This document shows, one piece after another, positions 60,672-64,000 of a stretch of 64,000 nt of DNA. The translations under genes and the position numbers were made by a program. Position 1 is the first letter of the stretch; every line of letters begins with the position of its first letter. The notes beneath the pieces are model-generated. The model did not search any database. It was given only the letters and a program-made list of their open reading frames with translations, and was not told the DNA's origin. Source of the stretch: Nitrospirota bacterium (GTDB taxonomy: Bacteria > Nitrospirota > Nitrospiria > Nitrospirales > NS-4); contig CAWBGA010000004.1 in assembly GCA_963788195.1 (NCBI GenBank), positions 1 to 64,000 on the forward strand, given 5' to 3'.

Positions 60672-61974
60672 CACCGCGGTCAAAGTCGAAAACCTCTCCA
60701 AGCAATACAAGATTGGGGTGGCCAAGCACCGCCATGACAGCATACGCGATCATTTGCGAGACACTGTTACTTCCCTGTTTCATCGGAACGGAAAAGCGAA
60801 GGCGGACGAAGGTATCCTATGGGCCTTGAGGGATGTGTCGTTCGAAATCAAGCAAGGCGAGGTCGTAGGAATCATCGGTCGGAACGGTGCCGGCAAAAGC
60901 ACCTTGTTGAAGATTCTTTCGCGGATCACGGAGCCAACAAATGGAAGAGCAAAGGTGTATGGCCGCCTCGCGAGCCTGCTCGAAGTTGGTACAGGATTTC
61001 ATGCCGAACTGACCGGCCGGGAAAACATTTACCTCAACGGAGCCATACTCGGAATGAAAAAAGCAGAGATCGATCGCAAGTTGGATGAGATCATTGCTTT
61101 CGCGGAAATCGATAAATTTCTGGAGACGCCAGTCAAGCGGTACTCGAGCGGCATGTACGTGAGACTGGCGTTTGCGGTCGCGGCCCACTTGGAACCGGAG
61201 ATTCTGATTATCGATGAAGTGCTGGCCGTCGGCGATGCTGCATTTCAGAAGAGGTGCCTCGGCAAGATCGGGAGCGTGGCAAAGGAAGGCCGCACGGTCG
61301 TATTGGTCAGCCATAACATGCCATCTGTCCAGGCAATGTGTCACCGGGTGCTGTTGATGCAAAACGGTAAGCTGAAAACGAGTGGTGATGCCAATGCGGT
61401 AATTTCATCCTATCTGGCTGACGGCGTCTCTCCCGACTTAGCTGAGATCGATCTGAGCAACCACCCGGGTCGTTGTTATTCACGTGAACCTGCATTACGA
61501 AAAGCATGGGTTCTAAATAGTGACGGTGTGAAGAGTAATTCCGTCATGATGGGAAAAAGTCTGACAGTGTGCTTTGAGTTCAAGTGCGACCGGCCGATCA
61601 AAACCCCGGGCTATGGTCTTGGAATCGAAGACGAACAAGGTTACCGCATTTTCTCGCTGAATAACTATATGCTTCCTAACGGCGTGAACACATTTGTATC
61701 CTTAAAAGCGGGGGTGGCATCTCTTTGCATAGACAATCTTCCGCTATTGCCTGGTGCATACTTTCTAACACTGTCATTGGTAGAAGACCAACGTGAGTGG
61801 ATAGATTGTGTGGAGCGCGCACTCGTGATTCATGTGGAACCTTCTGATGTTTATGGCTCTGGCAAAATACCGGATCAGACTCAAGGTGTTATTTATGTTC
61901 AAGGCCAAATCCGTGTTCTCACGGGGCATGATATGAGTGGCATCAGCGCGACGCCCCATGGTGTAACTCATTGA
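60664..61974 (+). CDS. Second polysaccharide ABC ATPase with Wzt_C domain (Wzt-2)
   Basis: GRNGAGKST, YSSGMYVRLAF, IIDEVLAVGD; divergent C-terminal domain. Confidence 0.93.
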   Translation: MSDTAVKVENLSKQYKIGVAKHRHDSIRDHLRDTVTSLFHRNGKAKADEGILWALRDVSFEIKQGEVVGIIGRNGAGKSTLLKILSRITEPTNGRAKVYGRLASLLEVGTGFHAELTGRENIYLNGAILGMKKAEIDRKLDEIIAFAEIDKFLETPVKRYSSGMYVRLAFAVAAHLEPEILIIDEVLAVGDAAFQKRCLGKIGSVAKEGRTVVLVSHNMPSVQAMCHRVLLMQNGKLKTSGDANAVISSYLADGVSPDLAEIDLSNHPGRCYSREPALRKAWVLNSDGVKSNSVMMGKSLTVCFEFKCDRPIKTPGYGLGIEDEQGYRIFSLNNYMLPNGVNTFVSLKAGVASLCIDNLPLLPGAYFLTLSLVEDQREWIDCVERALVIHVEPSDVYGSGKIPDQTQGVIYVQGQIRVLTGHDMSGISATPHGVTH

Positions 61975-61993
61975 TGCGTGGAGAAATGAGACG

Positions 61994-62773
61994 ATGAATC
62001 AGGGACAGTCAACAGACTTTCGCGGCTGGGAGTATGCTCGTGCCGGTGATTATCATCGGAACTTGGACCCAAACTGGTCGTACACGCCCACATATCTTCG
62101 GAAGATGGCATTTGTAAGGGCGTTTGTGACGTCCTTGGCAAGATCGACACAATTCATTGACATCGCTTGTGGCGAAGGAGTTTTAGTTGAAGACTTTCGC
62201 AATGAAGGGTGGAGCATCGAAGGGCTTGATCTCAACTACGAGAGCGAATATGTCCGCCGGGGTGATATTCGCACGATGCCCTATGGCGACGGCAGCTTTG
62301 ACGTCGGATTATTTTTAGATGCGTTTGAGCACTTAGCCTTTGCGGATCAACCCAAAGCACTGGCCGAAATCAGGCGAATTCTTCGGCCTGGCGGTACCCT
62401 CGTAATGTCCGCCCCGAATCTTGCACATCTAAATTCACGTGTTCGAATGCTATTAAAGGGGGGACTAGACCGTACAGACATTGAAATTAATCATGTGGGT
62501 GAGCGCCCAATCTGGGAATATGAAGCATTGCTGAAACAGGCTGGATTCAGGGTGGCACGAAAGATAGGTGTGACTTTAACAGTACCGTATATCTACCGTG
62601 GCCTCATTTGCAAACATGCCGCAAAACTGCGATGGCTTCACGATGCATTAGAGCCGGTTGCCAACGCCTTTCCGTCTTTGGCGATGGTGACAATCTTTAT
62701 ATGCACGAATGGAAGCGACGTGTCTTCACCTGCTGCCGAAGCTGAGAAGCAACGCTCCTGTTGTCCTTTATGA
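61994..62773 (+). CDS. Class I SAM-dependent methyltransferase
   Basis: IDIACGEG, GDIRTMPYGDGSFD, FEHL, ILRPGG. Confidence 0.9.
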   Translation: MNQGQSTDFRGWEYARAGDYHRNLDPNWSYTPTYLRKMAFVRAFVTSLARSTQFIDIACGEGVLVEDFRNEGWSIEGLDLNYESEYVRRGDIRTMPYGDGSFDVGLFLDAFEHLAFADQPKALAEIRRILRPGGTLVMSAPNLAHLNSRVRMLLKGGLDRTDIEINHVGERPIWEYEALLKQAGFRVARKIGVTLTVPYIYRGLICKHAAKLRWLHDALEPVANAFPSLAMVTIFICTNGSDVSSPAAEAEKQRSCCPL

Positions 62774-62783
62774 CTACAACTCA

Positions 62784-64000
62784 ATGGCAATAGTGGAATC
62801 TAACGTGGAGACTCGTCCTTTTGTGTCGGTCATTGTACCGACATATAACCGTCCAGACTATTTGGAAGATGCTCTTCGTTCAATCATTGCTCAGGATTAT
62901 CCGGCTGACTGTTTTGAAATCATCGTGGTAGACAATGGCTCGACGGATGACACACTCGACCGGATATCGCGACTGGCTCAGGAAACAGCCGGGCGACACA
63001 ACCTAAAATACGTGCGAGAGCAGCGCCGCGGCTTAGTCTTCTGTAGGCACACGGGAGCTAAGCATGCAAACGCAAAAATACTATTGTTCACCGATGATGA
63101 TGCTGTGTTCGATCGCAACTGGATTGCTGCCATAGTCGAATTATATCGCACGCATCCAGACGTTGGAGCCGTTGGCACGAAGATCGCAGTTCAATGGGAC
63201 CGTGAACCACCAGCTTGGGTCCGCCAATATGAGCACGTATTGGCCAAACTAAACTACGGGGAACGGTCCATCGTGAAGGTGGGACTTGAAATTTATGGAC
63301 CGAGCTTTTCAATACGAAGAGATCATCTTTTGAAGGTCCGTGGGTTTAACCCTGGTCAGAATGGAAAGTATATCGCTGGCGATTCTGAAACTGGCCTTTG
63401 CCGGAAGCTCGCAAATGCCGGGGTCTCAGTCGGATGGACTCCTTCTGCCACTGTCTGGCATCGGCAGCGCGTGGAAGTCAATGGCAAGTGGAAAGACATC
63501 ATCCGGAGATACCAGAATTATGGAATCTCAGAGGCCTATCAAGCATCATTTTATGGCTGGTCCACGCGTCGAGTTCTCGGCGATGTTCGGGAGAGGACGT
63601 ACAACTTTCTTCGACAGTTATATTGGTCTCTTCGCAAACGAGATGCTGTGGCTCTGTCCAGGACGGTTCCCTTCGAATGGGCCTTTTATGTTTATTACTT
63701 GAAATATCTATGGCTTTATCGATTTGGACGAGTAACACGTCAAATGGTAAAAAATTTGGACTGGGAATTTACCGAAACCTACCATGCGCCGCCGCTCCAA
63801 CTCAATATGCGCCGCGCGGATGGAAGCGTCGGAGACATAGACGTGAAGGAAATTAAGGCGGGCAACCCCGCTCAACAGGCGGAGCGGGAAGCGCCGTTCA
63901 TAACCCTCATCATTCCTACGCTCAATCGCTGTGAAAGTCTGAAGAATGCTATTGCCTCGGCACTACAACAGACCTGGCCCGCTGATCGATATGAAATACT
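62784..64000 (+). CDS. Tandem two-domain GT2 glycosyltransferase (runs off window)
   Basis: Manual translation, open to the window end: FVSVIVPTYNR, VVDNGSTD, FTDDD, GDSETGLC; second GT2 start FITLIIPTLNR..QQTWP..YEI. Confidence 0.9.
   Translation, partial: MAIVESNVETRPFVSVIVPTYNRPDYLEDALRSIIAQDYPADCFEIIVVDNGSTDDTLDRISRLAQETAGRHNLKYVREQRRGLVFCRHTGAKHANAKILLFTDDDAVFDRNWIAAIVELYRTHPDVGAVGTKIAVQWDREPPAWVRQYEHVLAKLNYGERSIVKVGLEIYGPSFSIRRDHLLKVRGFNPGQNGKYIAGDSETGLCRKLANAGVSVGWTPSATVWHRQRVEVNGKWKDIIRRYQNYGISEAYQASFYGWSTRRVLGDVRERTYNFLRQLYWSLRKRDAVALSRTVPFEWAFYVYYLKYLWLYRFGRVTRQMVKNLDWEFTETYHAPPLQLNMRRADGSVGDIDVKEIKAGNPAQQAEREAPFITLIIPTLNRCESLKNAIASALQQTWPADRYEI

Overview
Bacterial chromosomal segment, most likely Nitrospirota (Nitrospira-like; inferred from gene content and style, not from a search). 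Many genes in 0-4 kb and 11-48.5 kb, including housekeeping genes such as PBP1A, hscA and fdx, are split by single-base indels, best explained as long-read assembly errors. Contents in order: small housekeeping or hypothetical genes and a YifB/ComM ATPase (0-3.9 kb); a signalling block with a PilZ-PilZ-LuxD-like-methyltransferase fusion, a REC-HD-GYP regulator and a PAS/GAF hybrid kinase (4.1-10.8 kb); an orphan PilY1-like adhesin behind a Crp/Fnr regulator (11-17 kb); aldo/keto reductase, a MoaD/ThiS-like protein, typA and PBP1A; the isc operon (Rrf2-iscS-iscU-iscA-hscB-hscA-iscX, with fdx displaced); gltX, tRNA-Gln, an accessory stretch (PEP-CTERM protein, G8/beta-helix/malectin protein), fdx and tRNA-Glu; response and LuxR-type regulators; and a >21 kb PEP-CTERM/XrtA-type polysaccharide locus running off the right end. 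Strongest candidates for undescribed biology: (1) the LuxD-like/methyltransferase fusion in an rpf-like signalling arrangement; (2) a family of intergenic hairpin mini-elements with covarying stems that nest in each other's conserved loop; (3) a perfect ops element directly after an operon-internal RfaH-like gene.
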